A stretch of 64,000 bases of DNA from Chloroflexota bacterium (GTDB lineage Bacteria > Chloroflexota > UBA11872 > VXNJ01), in the NCBI GenBank assembly GCA_965249595.1, contig OZ252242.1:1718158-1782157 (forward strand). The letters are read 5' to 3'. Positions 20,148 to 29,493 of this stretch are shown one piece after another. Both the position numbers and the translations under genes were made by a program. Within the stretch, counting starts at the first letter, position 1. Each line of letters starts with the position of its first letter. The notes under the pieces are model-generated. The model saw only the letters and a list, made by a program, of their open reading frames with translations, made no database searches and was not told the origin of the DNA.

Positions 20148-21398
20148 CTAAAGCGGCGACTTTGATCTTTGACCGTTCAGCAATACCCCCAATCGCGTGT
20201 AGCGGACCAAGTACCGGTAAGTCAACATGCCCAGGATGCATGTGGCGACGCAGGCCGCCAGGAATTTGGCTTCTGCGCCCCAGCTCAAGCCGGTCAGTTC
20301 CTGCAATCGACCTTGCCGGTCCAGGTGGGCCAGATAAAACGTGATGAAAGCCACCAGCGGTAAATGGATGATGTAAATCCAGTATGAGGAGTCCGCAAGC
20401 CAGCGGATCCAGACGCGCGGTGACGACAGCAAGCTCTCGAAGAGGCCCACCAACCCGATGCAAAACAAGGCCGCCGCGGAACCGTAGAAAACGGTTCTGA
20501 TCAGCCAAAGAAAGGCCACTGCCTCTTCACCCGCGTCCTGCCGAGTCGCATCGTCCACCGCCCCGCTCAGCACGACGTGCACCCAGAATGCAAATGCGGC
20601 CATGACCCACAGTGTGACCATCGTTTCCGGTCGTTTGATCCGGTCGATGAATTCGCGCCTGATGTAGAGTCCATACCCATAGAAAAAGAACAGGCCGGCA
20701 TAGAACACATCGACCAGGTTCAACGGCCAGACGGGTTTTGACTCATCGCCGGCCCGCAGGACCAGCAGTATGACCGCTCCCAGCATCAGCAACAGCGGAA
20801 TTCGCGTGTAGATGGCATTGCCCAACCGCCTGCCAATTGAAACTCGGTCCGCTGCTTGCAGGATTGCCCGCACCGGCCGTAACTTTGGCAGCGATCGGAT
20901 GGCAATAAGTGCCGCGTACATCAGCAGCAGGTAGTACAAAAACCATAGATGGGCTACGATATCGCCGCTGGAACCCAGGCTCTTCCGATCCCGCATTACA
21001 TCCTGAAATATTTCCCAAGACATAGCTCCGTACCAGCCATAGACCCATATCGTCGGGACCAAGATTGCCATCACGGCTCCAAAAAACACCAAAGGCAGGG
21101 CGATTCGCCTGAGCCGGTCGAAAATGAAGGCTGGAGTGGGGCGGCGATCCAAGACCAGGTGGGCGAAGAACCCTGCCATGAGAAAGAAAACCGGCATTCG
21201 CCAAGAGTGGATGAAGTCAAAAACTAACAAAAGAAAGATGGACTGGTCGTCGTCCGCGGGCCATATGGCTTCGATCCCGACGATGCGTGAGAAATACGGC
21301 AGCGATCCGTGGATGACGATGCCGAGCAACATCGCCGTCCCGCGCAGGCCATCGAGCCCGTGGTATCGCTGCATCCCTTGCCTGGCTAGAGAATCCAT
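20148..21398 (-). CDS. Acyltransferase family 3 integral membrane protein (start possibly 21374)
   Basis: HGLDGLRGTAMLLGIVIHG N-terminal motif and about 10 predicted TM segments. Confidence 0.75.
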   Translation of the reverse strand: MDSLARQGMQRYHGLDGLRGTAMLLGIVIHGSLPYFSRIVGIEAIWPADDDQSIFLLLVFDFIHSWRMPVFFLMAGFFAHLVLDRRPTPAFIFDRLRRIALPLVFFGAVMAILVPTIWVYGWYGAMSWEIFQDVMRDRKSLGSSGDIVAHLWFLYYLLLMYAALIAIRSLPKLRPVRAILQAADRVSIGRRLGNAIYTRIPLLLMLGAVILLVLRAGDESKPVWPLNLVDVFYAGLFFFYGYGLYIRREFIDRIKRPETMVTLWVMAAFAFWVHVVLSGAVDDATRQDAGEEAVAFLWLIRTVFYGSAAALFCIGLVGLFESLLSSPRVWIRWLADSSYWIYIIHLPLVAFITFYLAHLDRQGRLQELTGLSWGAEAKFLAACVATCILGMLTYRYLVRYTRLGVLLNGQRSKSPL

Positions 21399-21618
21399 AT
21401 CCTCGTCTGCTTAGTTGGGCGCCGCTGCGGTAGCTGGCGTCCAGATTCAGAACCCTTGGGCTCAGGAGTCGTTCAGCGTCGGACCGATTGAAACAAAATC
21501 CATTCAGTTTCGCGGTGCCAAACGTCCAGTCGAATTCCTTGACTGCCTAACGGCCGACGACCCCTGACCCGGATTGGACATCCAAATGTTCGTGGCGGTG
21601 CGGGCCAGATTGCTTCGG

Positions 21619-23022
21619 TTAAAGCGGTGGTCGCTGCCAGCCGCCCAGCGATTCCTCAATGCATTGTGCCAAGGCCAGCGCAATGTCTTCACGCCAAGGC
21701 TTGGCAACGACCTGCACGCCGATAGGCAAACCGGCGCCTGAGGTTCCGGCACGGACAACCGCCCCCGGCCAACCGGTCATGTTGTGGATCATCGCGTACA
21801 TGGACCCATCTTTGTACCTGGGGGTGTTGGATTGACCATGGGATATCGCTGCATGGGCGTGGGCCGGGCAAAGAATCGCGTCGTAACCCGATAGAAACGA
21901 GAGCATCTGCCGTCGGAATTCATCGACCCAGACCAGGATTTCAGCCAGTTCGGTCACTGACGGCCGGTGTTCGCGTTGAAATTCAATCGCCTGTTGCATG
22001 AGTTTGTGACGCCTACTGGTCCCGGCCCGGGCCAGGATGCGGCTCAATTGATCGCCACCCACTCCGGCATTGAAAGCGTGGAACTGGCTCCTGATTGATT
22101 CCAAGCAAAGGGGTCGATCCTCCACCACCGTGACCCCGGCATCAGTGAGCGCCGCCGCCGCGTTTCGGATTGCTTCGGCAGTCTTCGGTGTGACAGGAAC
22201 TTCTGGTATGTCCGTATGGAATGCAACTCTGAGCCCCGCCGGATCTACGTCTCTGGGATTGCGCAACGCGACCGGAGCCACAGTTGGATCTGCGCCATCT
22301 GGTCCGGCAAGTATCGGGAGAGCAAGGGCCAGATCTTTCACATATCGTGCCAATGGGCCCAATTGCCAGAGCTGCGAGAGGCCGCCGGCGAAAGCGGGGT
22401 AGTGTCCCGTGCCGGGAACGCGTCCGGAAGTTGGCTTGATGCCGGCAATACCGCAGAAATGAGCCGGTCCGCGAATGCTCCCGCCCACATCGCTGCCTAC
22501 GCCCAGCGGCGATTGCCCTGACGATATTGCGGCGCCTTCGCCGCCACTACTTCCACCAGGGTGGCGAGAAGGGTCGTAGGGGTTGTTGGTTCGGCCGTAA
22601 ACGAGATTGTCAGTTTCACCGGCAGCGGAAAGTTCTGGCAAGTTCGACTTGCCGATCACGATCGCCCCGGCGCGCTTGAGCCTGGCCACTACGGTGGCAT
22701 CCTTGACCGGAACATATTCGGCGCGCCCCAGGGTTCCGCCGGTTGTCGTCACGCCCGCCGTTTCAACAGCATCTTTTATCGTGATCGGAACCCCATGCAG
22801 CGGTCCGACTAAGGTGCCGCGGGATAACTCTCTATCCAATTGCCGGGCTCGGGCTAAGGCAGAGTCCGCCAGCACGATTACGACCGCGTTGAGGATTGGA
22901 GTCACCGCTTCGATGCGATCCAAGTGGGCTTGGACCACTTCGACTGACGAAACCTGCCGGTCCCGGATCATGCCAGCCAGAGAGGACGCGGATCTGAATA
23001 TCAACTCATCCATGGCGCACAA
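21619..23022 (-). CDS. Amidase (amidase-signature family)
   Basis: GGSSGGEGAAISSGQSPLGVGSDVGGSIRGPA amidase signature with the Ser-cisSer-Lys elements. Confidence 0.85.
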   Translation of the reverse strand: MCAMDELIFRSASSLAGMIRDRQVSSVEVVQAHLDRIEAVTPILNAVVIVLADSALARARQLDRELSRGTLVGPLHGVPITIKDAVETAGVTTTGGTLGRAEYVPVKDATVVARLKRAGAIVIGKSNLPELSAAGETDNLVYGRTNNPYDPSRHPGGSSGGEGAAISSGQSPLGVGSDVGGSIRGPAHFCGIAGIKPTSGRVPGTGHYPAFAGGLSQLWQLGPLARYVKDLALALPILAGPDGADPTVAPVALRNPRDVDPAGLRVAFHTDIPEVPVTPKTAEAIRNAAAALTDAGVTVVEDRPLCLESIRSQFHAFNAGVGGDQLSRILARAGTSRRHKLMQQAIEFQREHRPSVTELAEILVWVDEFRRQMLSFLSGYDAILCPAHAHAAISHGQSNTPRYKDGSMYAMIHNMTGWPGAVVRAGTSGAGLPIGVQVVAKPWREDIALALAQCIEESLGGWQRPPL

Positions 23023-23515
23023 CCCTTTAATGACGGCGGTGATTTATTACCGTCGCAACGACTCTTCCCGATAGGCGGCCGAACCCTGTCGTATTCTGAC
23101 CCGCACCTTCGCCGTCGCAGTCGATGGCCTTTAGAGATCATCATGGTTATCTTGTATCTTGGAGGCGTGGTCAAATGGCTGTTTCCATCCGCTAACCTGA
23201 CAGCTTCGACCGTAGGCATCATGCCGCGTTCAATCGCTAGCCCTTGCTGATACAGCTTCTTAGAGAAATAAATTGATATCGACTGTACTGGCCGGACTCC
23301 ACCGTGAGATTTACAGCTGTGCGTGACGGAGGTACCGCACGCGTCGCCGGCAAAGTTGATTGGAGTCAAGATCAGCACACGAAAAATCGGATTGCCCAGA
23401 TTCAAAAGGTTCTACTTGGCCAAGAACGAGATTGAAGCCGTGTTTGAATTACTGAAATACACTACCTATTTATACTTACAATTACGTAATGTCAGTGAGT
23501 GATAATCCGACGTGA

Positions 23516-23794
23516 GAATGGAACGGAAGCAAGGATGAGGCGAATTACCGTGCACACGGCTTTCGATTCCAATTGGCCGCACTCGTATTCGATGACCCAC
23601 TCGCCGCGACAGTGGAGGACCCCAATTCGCTCGAAACGCGTTGGCGCACGATGGGCGTTGTAGCGGGAGTGGTGTTGATGGTCGTCCACACGTGGCCCGA
23701 ATACGATTCCTTGATCGGAACCGATGTCGGGCGCATCAGCAGCGCTCGAAAAGCGACCCGGAGAGAAAGGGCCGAATATGAAGCTGGTTCCTAA
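23516..23794 (+). pseudogene. brnT: BrnT-like (DUF497, COG2929) type II toxin gene lacking a canonical start
   Basis: In-frame translation EWNGSKDEANYRAHGFRFQLAALVFDDPLA...VVLMVVHTWPEYDSLIGTDVGRISSARKATRRERAEYE matches the DUF497 consensus (EWD..K...N..KHG.SF.EA..VFDDP...HT...RIISARKAT..ER..YE). A TGA at 23513-15 directly precedes the homologous region, and the first in-frame start is TTG at 23573. Confidence 0.6.
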
Positions 23795-24128
23795 AAAGCG
23801 ATCTGCCGAGCAAGCGCCGGATATTACAGAAATTGCCAAGTTGCCTGATGACCAAATCGACACGTCGGATATCCCCGAAGTGCTTGATTGGTCTGATGCC
23901 AGGCGTGGCGTCTTTTATCGACCAATCAAAAAACAAGTAACTATTCGAATAGATGCCGATGTAATCGATTGGTTCAAGAAACAAACACAAGGTCGCCGCG
24001 GATATCAAACCGACATGAATCGAGCCCTGCGAGAACATGCTTTGCGGGGCCAATCGGGAGCCAGTTTGGCGGAATCTGTCCAAAGCAAATCCGACTCTAA
24101 CTCCCTCGGGAAACCGGGCAATAGATAA
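23778..24128 (+). CDS. brnA: BrnA-like (COG3514) antitoxin
   Basis: MKLVPKK...DTSDIPEVLDWSDARRGVFYRPIKKQVTIRIDADVIDWFKKQTQGRRGYQTDMNRALREH matches the BrnA pattern. Overlaps the brnT 3-prime end by 17 nt; AAGGG SD upstream. Confidence 0.7.
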   Translation: MKLVPKKRSAEQAPDITEIAKLPDDQIDTSDIPEVLDWSDARRGVFYRPIKKQVTIRIDADVIDWFKKQTQGRRGYQTDMNRALREHALRGQSGASLAESVQSKSDSNSLGKPGNR

Positions 24129-24316
24129 GGTCTGGGTCTCGCGCCATTGCCCATTAAATGGCGGGAATACCGGGTCTTTTTTTCCGATGTGTACCCGTCA
24201 CGCCTTAAAAGAACGATCACTCATCTGGGTGTGAAATCGGGGGAAATGTTCGTGACCGCAACAACGAGTTCAACATGGTAGTTGCTGTCGTGTTGAACTG
24301 ACAAATTTTTCGTACG

Positions 24317-26056
24317 ATGCCCCGGATCGGGGTCGGGCCAGATACGGTCCCAAAATCTCGCGCGAAGGCCATGCAACTAAATGCAATTAACACCTTCTCC
24401 GATTGCTTGTCAATAATTGTTCGGGCGTGTCACGAAACAGGCGCCATTCTTACGAAACATCGGATGAGAAATTCGGCGTCGGAAGAACATCACAGGAAAT
24501 TCAATGACGCAGTTGGGGCGATTACAAAGCACCACGAACTGCATCGAATCGCCGGTGCGCACGTAGTCGACCACCGCCGGCTGACTACCGACCAATTGCG
24601 TGAGGGGCTACTGAAGGTAAGGCCGCAATACCTCCACCAGGAAACCGTTTGTTCGAATTTCGAACAAGCGTTGTTTAAAGAAGAAAGTACCCAGCTACGA
24701 GTGCTTTCGCGGTTGATCCTCGTCGATGTGCTGTTAAATCAATTCGGATTCGAATTGCCGTTTGATGAGACCGAGGAAATGGTCATTGCATTTGAGCAAA
24801 CGGTCGTGGACCGATCCAATGAGATTGAGCTTCAAGATCTGGGGTGCGCCAGCAACACGTCGACACGATTCAAAAACCTAAAACTATACGAGTTCGTGTT
24901 GGAAGTGGCATGGCAAAACAACGACGATAAGTCGCCCGATGAAGTCAATTTGTTAAGAATGCTCCGCGAACGGTTAGGTATTTCGGAATCTGACAATCGC
25001 CTGATGGAAGCGAAGCTTGGTAAATATCCAAAGCTGGACAACGGGCTCCACGTGCGAGACGAGATCGATGAAGCGCGTAAGTCCCTGCAGGGACTTGGTT
25101 TGCTGTTTGCAATTCGCCGAGAAGACGGTGCCGACGTAGATCTGGTCCCCGCAGAGGTGGCCGAACTGATCAGAAATGTGGTTGGCACCCAAATGCGGGA
25201 TGAAGCCTACCGCATGATGATTCGTGAGCGGCCGGTTCGAAAAAAGGCGCACTTGACCAGCGTATTGGAAAAGAACGGCGTTGAGTACGGCAGATATGAC
25301 ACTTTGGAGACGCTGACAGACCTAGTCGTCAGCTATGTTCCACCGACCAACGCCATTAGCAGCAATTCACCACGGTACGGGCTGGCCAATAAAGAACTTG
25401 CGGCGTGGTGCCGAAATCTCGGCGATTCCAGCTCTGGGACTACCGACGAGATGGTGGACCGAATAATTCGCCATTTTGATCGGCGACGACCGGTTGTTGA
25501 ACACCTCGATGACGAAAGGGCAACGTGGTACGAATACTTCGAAGAGCTAGCAACCCGATATTACGATTTGCTCCGGTCTCAGGATGTCATTGCCAAAGAC
25601 TTGGAAATTGAGTCAAAGTTTGAAGAAGCAACCAACTACCTTTTTTCGGAAAAGCTGAAGCACACGCCGCTCAAGCAGCCCGGTTCAAACCACCCGGACG
25701 GGCTGCTTAGCCTGGGTTCCTACTACCTAATGTGGGACAACAAATCGAAAGAATCACCCGTTAGTCTTCGCGACCACGTAAAGCAATTCGACGGTTATAT
25801 GGAGGCAGCTGAGAAATCAGTCCCAATTTTCTTGGTTATCGGCCCCGCGTTTTCCGACGAGTCGGAGATTGAAGCAATTCGGTACCGGGCCGAGCACTTT
25901 GATCGCGCGATTACATTGATTACGGCCGCCGAACTTAGAGATTTGGCCGAGGAGTGGGCGAGCCCTGAGAACAAGCGTCGCGAAGAGCCGTTTCCTCTTG
26001 GGCTTTTGGGTGTCAACGGTCGATATTCGCGGAGCCAGTTGGGGAAAATTTCATAA
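24317..26056 (+). CDS. Hypothetical 579-aa protein: SAP/HeH-like DNA-binding helices plus C-terminal PD-(D/E)xK-like nuclease motif
   Basis: AT-richer codon usage than neighbours. HeH/SAP-like segments SPDEVNLLRMLRERLGISESDNRLMEAKL and KELAAWCRNLGDSSSGTTDEMVDRIIRHF. C-terminal FEEATNYLFSE...HPDGLLSLGSYYLMWDNKSK has E..PD..(13 residues)..D-N-K spacing. Alternative ATG at 24371. Confidence 0.6.
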   Translation: MPRIGVGPDTVPKSRAKAMQLNAINTFSDCLSIIVRACHETGAILTKHRMRNSASEEHHRKFNDAVGAITKHHELHRIAGAHVVDHRRLTTDQLREGLLKVRPQYLHQETVCSNFEQALFKEESTQLRVLSRLILVDVLLNQFGFELPFDETEEMVIAFEQTVVDRSNEIELQDLGCASNTSTRFKNLKLYEFVLEVAWQNNDDKSPDEVNLLRMLRERLGISESDNRLMEAKLGKYPKLDNGLHVRDEIDEARKSLQGLGLLFAIRREDGADVDLVPAEVAELIRNVVGTQMRDEAYRMMIRERPVRKKAHLTSVLEKNGVEYGRYDTLETLTDLVVSYVPPTNAISSNSPRYGLANKELAAWCRNLGDSSSGTTDEMVDRIIRHFDRRRPVVEHLDDERATWYEYFEELATRYYDLLRSQDVIAKDLEIESKFEEATNYLFSEKLKHTPLKQPGSNHPDGLLSLGSYYLMWDNKSKESPVSLRDHVKQFDGYMEAAEKSVPIFLVIGPAFSDESEIEAIRYRAEHFDRAITLITAAELRDLAEEWASPENKRREEPFPLGLLGVNGRYSRSQLGKIS

Positions 26057-26210
26057 CCCTGGTCGGCACTAGCGATAAACACCTTTATGGCTAGTGGTCG
26101 ATTTGCATCGATTCAGCTGTTGGCTGACAGATATTTCAAATTCAACGTCGATCAAGCCGGACCTGCGCAGCAGATGACCAACCGCCGGTGCATTAGGCAG
26201 TCCCAGCCCG

Positions 26211-27437
26211 TCATTTGATGCGACGGTTGGCCTTGTCATAGACGGAGACCACGGTCGGTTCGCCCTTTTGTACGCCCTCTATCGTGGCCACATGAGCGGA
26301 GCGCACATTGAACACCTGGGGCCTAAAAAAGAAGACGGCCGAATCCCCCTGCCGAACGCGTTGGCCAGCGGTCGGGTACAGCGAGGCGTAGTAGTCGATC
26401 CATCGCGAGTCGGGAATCCCCGCCCTCACTCGATTGCCCGCCACGGCGTCCGGTTGATTGCCTACGAATGCGGCAGAAACCGCCCACGGACCGTCCAGGC
26501 GGGCAGGGTAGAACCCACCCCCCAGGACCATCATCCGATTTCGGGCCTGATGGGAAACCTCCGCCAGATAGACCTGGCCAGGCCGACCGACATCATCGCC
26601 GAATAATTGCTGCGGGGCCATGCCCCAAAAGGCCGAGCCCGGCTCGGCGTCCGTTCCACCGTGGGCCGCGATCAAATCCATGGACGCACAGGAGGAGGCG
26701 CCGGGACAGTTGATTTGAGACATTTCGACATGCAATAAATCCTGTATTCGCTGCGCCGAATCGATAATCGTCGCCAAGTTAGGCAGTGCCTTTAGCCTGT
26801 TGGTGGCAGCGTCATAGGCAATGGTCGGGAATCCTGTGACCCCCACCATGCGAACCGCCGGCAGATCCCTGATCTTGCGGGCAACAGCGACAACGTGCTC
26901 GGAGAAAATTCCGCCCTCTTGCGCGGTGTAGGCAAAGTCCTCTGGCCCGGTGACCTTCAACAGCAAGTCCTGGATCAGGCCCGCCCCCATCGCCGCTTCG
27001 GAAATGGTTCTTGCGTTCTCATAGCCGTAAACCGTCCATACGTCGGGTCTCATGGACAGAACTTCGGGAATCCAGAAACGGGGAATCTGGGAAAGATGCC
27101 CTACGTGGGCTACGTCGAGCCCCTGAGCACTAATGGCTCTGGCACCCTCAATGTCGACGGCAACGAACTTTTTGACTCCGGCTGAGGAAAGTGCCTCAAG
27201 AATCGAGGGGTTGCGGTTGAACTGCTTTGTCATGGCATAGAGCCGCAGGCTTTTGGCTTCCGCCTGCTTGACCAGCAGGCGAGCGTTCTCCTTGACAACT
27301 TCCAGATCTACCACGTAGCAGTCCGGCGGTATTTCGCCACGTTGATGCAGGCGGCACGCGGCCTCAATCAGGGCAGGGTTGGTCCGCTCGACGATTTCCA
27401 GCATGATGCCAGGGAACCTTACCCGAACAGAGAGCAC
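26211..27437 (-). CDS. Alanine-racemase-domain (fold-type III PLP) protein, YhfX/DSD1-like; likely start 27404
   Basis: LYAMTKQFNRNP (candidate PLP-lysine) in an N-terminal TIM-barrel-like region. Family assignment is tentative. Confidence 0.5.
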   Translation of the reverse strand: MLSVRVRFPGIMLEIVERTNPALIEAACRLHQRGEIPPDCYVVDLEVVKENARLLVKQAEAKSLRLYAMTKQFNRNPSILEALSSAGVKKFVAVDIEGARAISAQGLDVAHVGHLSQIPRFWIPEVLSMRPDVWTVYGYENARTISEAAMGAGLIQDLLLKVTGPEDFAYTAQEGGIFSEHVVAVARKIRDLPAVRMVGVTGFPTIAYDAATNRLKALPNLATIIDSAQRIQDLLHVEMSQINCPGASSCASMDLIAAHGGTDAEPGSAFWGMAPQQLFGDDVGRPGQVYLAEVSHQARNRMMVLGGGFYPARLDGPWAVSAAFVGNQPDAVAGNRVRAGIPDSRWIDYYASLYPTAGQRVRQGDSAVFFFRPQVFNVRSAHVATIEGVQKGEPTVVSVYDKANRRIK

Positions 27438-27672
27438 AAACTACTGTCTACAGTTGCCGCGCACATACCCGCCCGATTTTCTCGTAGGCGGCGGTTGACC
27501 CCGCGTAGCTATTGGATCTTTCCTCCGGCCGATAAGGCTAGTCCCCAACCGGCCCCTGCCTGGTTGGGCATAGCCCCTGCCTTTGGCCGGAGCATTAAGT
27601 TCATAACGATTGAATGATTGTGCCCGAGCGCACAGTCCGGGCCGAAGCCTCTTGAAGCGGGAGTGAGCGAAG

Positions 27673-28119
27673 ATGCAGCGTGATCAGATAGTCGGGACCT
27701 GGAGACTCGTCAACTACGAGGCGCGCGGGAATGACGGGTCGATCAATTACCCGTTGGGACGCGACGCGGTTGGTTACCTGATTTACACCGAAGAAGGCTT
27801 CATGTCGGTGGCCATGATGGCCACCGGTCGGCAAAGCTATGCCAAGGAGGACCTGCTCGGCGGCAGCAACGCGGAAAGGCTCGCCGCAGCCGACGGTTTT
27901 TTCTCATATTGCGGTCGCTACGGGATTGAGGACGATTCGGTCCTCCATCACGTCGAAGTGGCATTCTTCCCCAACCGTGTTGGGACTTCCCAGCGCAGAT
28001 TCTTCCGCCTCGACGGAGATCGTTTGTTTCTGACTACGCCACCGATGTTGATCTCGGGCCGGGAAATGGTGGGGCACATTCTGTGGGGGCGCGCAAAATT
28101 ACGCCGGCCCGCTTTCTAG
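27673..28119 (+). CDS. Lipocalin-like domain protein
   Basis: IVGTWRLVNYEARGNDGS...GYLIYTEEGFMSVAMM matches the bacterial lipocalin-like domain pattern. Confidence 0.5.
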   Translation: MQRDQIVGTWRLVNYEARGNDGSINYPLGRDAVGYLIYTEEGFMSVAMMATGRQSYAKEDLLGGSNAERLAAADGFFSYCGRYGIEDDSVLHHVEVAFFPNRVGTSQRRFFRLDGDRLFLTTPPMLISGREMVGHILWGRAKLRRPAF

Positions 28120-28253
28120 GGTGGTCCAGACCATTCCCTCATAAAGTCTCAACCCGGCTGCAGACCAGAACGGGCGGCCGATCGCTTCTACCGTCGGTCA
28201 CAGGCACGTCTCATGCCGGGTTCGCAACTCGCCCGCGTTCGTGGACTCTCGTA

Positions 28254-29129
28254 ATGAAGATCAATATTCTTGCCGAAACCGGCCAGCTCGGCTCCAGGAT
28301 CGTCGAGGCGCTCCTGACGGAAGGCACTTGTTGCGGCGACTTGATCGTCAGTCGTCGGAACCCAGCGAAGGCGCGACATCTCGCGGATCGCGGGATAGAG
28401 GTTCGCCACGCGGACCTTGATCGCCCGAAAACCCTTCTGCCGGCATTTACCGGGACAGACGTCCTCATGCTGATTTCAAGCATGGCCGCGGTCGAACATC
28501 GAATCACGCAGCACGAGTGCGCCGTGACAAGCGCTGCTCTGGCCAATGTCGGCAGGGTCGTGATGGCCAGAGCCAGCGCCGCCCGGACAGACTCGCCGTT
28601 TCCCGTCGCCCCCTTCCTTCTCTACGCGGAATCGAAGCTCCGGCTAAGCGGTCTCGACTGGTCGATCCGGCGAAACGGACTGTACCTGGACCCGCTCGCA
28701 GACTGGGCCCCCCGCCCTGGTCAGGATGGGGCGGCTACCCTATCCCGTCCAAACGGGACGCGTCGCCTATATCTCTCGAGATGACCTGGCGCGAGCAAGC
28801 GCGGGCGCTTTGCACCAAGGCGGACATTCCCGGTGCGTGTACGAACTGACGGGGCCGGAAGCAATGTCGATGACATGCCTGGCCGTTTCACTGACCGCGG
28901 TCACCGGGGCGCCAATCACCTTTGATCCTGTCTCGGAGGCCGAATTCGCGGCAGTGTGCCGGACGGGATACGAGATGCCGAAATCACTATCCTCAACTCC
29001 CTGTATCGCGCCGTGGACAACGGGGAGTTCGAACAGGCGACCGGGCATGCGTAGCTGCTCACGGGGATGCCCGCGGACAGCGTGGAGACGTACCTGGCCC
29101 TCGCTGTCAGGCCGGTTCTCGCAGAATAG
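28254..29129 (+). pseudogene. NmrA/YtfG-like NAD(P)H-binding oxidoreductase pseudogene (two frameshifts plus in-frame TAG at 29052-54)
   Basis: Frame 0: MKINILAETGQLGSRIVEALL...LDWSIRRNGLY. Frame 1: GRVAYISRDDLARASAGALHQGGHSRCVYELTGPEAMSMT...FDPVSEAEFAAV. Frame 0 again: EITILNSLYRAVDNGEFEQATGHA, then TAG, then LLTGMPADSVETYLALAV. All three segments match the family in collinear order. Confidence 0.65.
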
Positions 29130-29309
29130 GGCCCGGAACAAGGGAGAAAATCCCGCAAGGGTCAGGCACCTTGCGAAGGGTTCGCGACCCGGTCAATCTT
29201 CCGGCGCACAGCCTCCACGCCTCGAACCGCTCCTCGAGAGGGCCCGGCCGGAGGCTTGCGCGATCCGGACGATCAGCCGCGAGATCACGTTCTCGAGCCG
29301 GATCGTCCG

Positions 29310-29423
29310 TCAGGCTGAAGCGTTCGGTGGCGGAGGCTCGGGCTCCTGGTAGAGCGTCGTGATTCCAGTGCCGAGCCCGCGTTCGGGGCGGACGACTAGC
29401 TCAGCGGTAGTTCACTCACTCAT
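29310..29423 (-). pseudogene. Remnant 5-prime end of a class-III aminotransferase paralogue
   Basis: Minus-strand ATG AGT GAG TGA ... TAELVVRPERGLGTGITTLYQ versus the N-terminus MSKLSTAELIARRERLLGTGITTFYQ of the gene at 18554 (17/21 identical); TGA at codon 4. Confidence 0.5.
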
Positions 29424-29493
29424 GCAGGATTTGTCAGCGAAGCGCTTTGTGGCGATCCTCGGAAGGCAATGCGGGCAAGCTGAGGCGGTCCCG

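Noticed and set aside
29391-29425. tRNA-like string tagctcagcggtag (D-arm-like) downstream of gggcgg
   Set aside because: No closing GAGC for the D-stem and no anticodon or T-arm could be folded. The bases are better explained as codons TAELVV of an aminotransferase gene remnant on the opposite strand.
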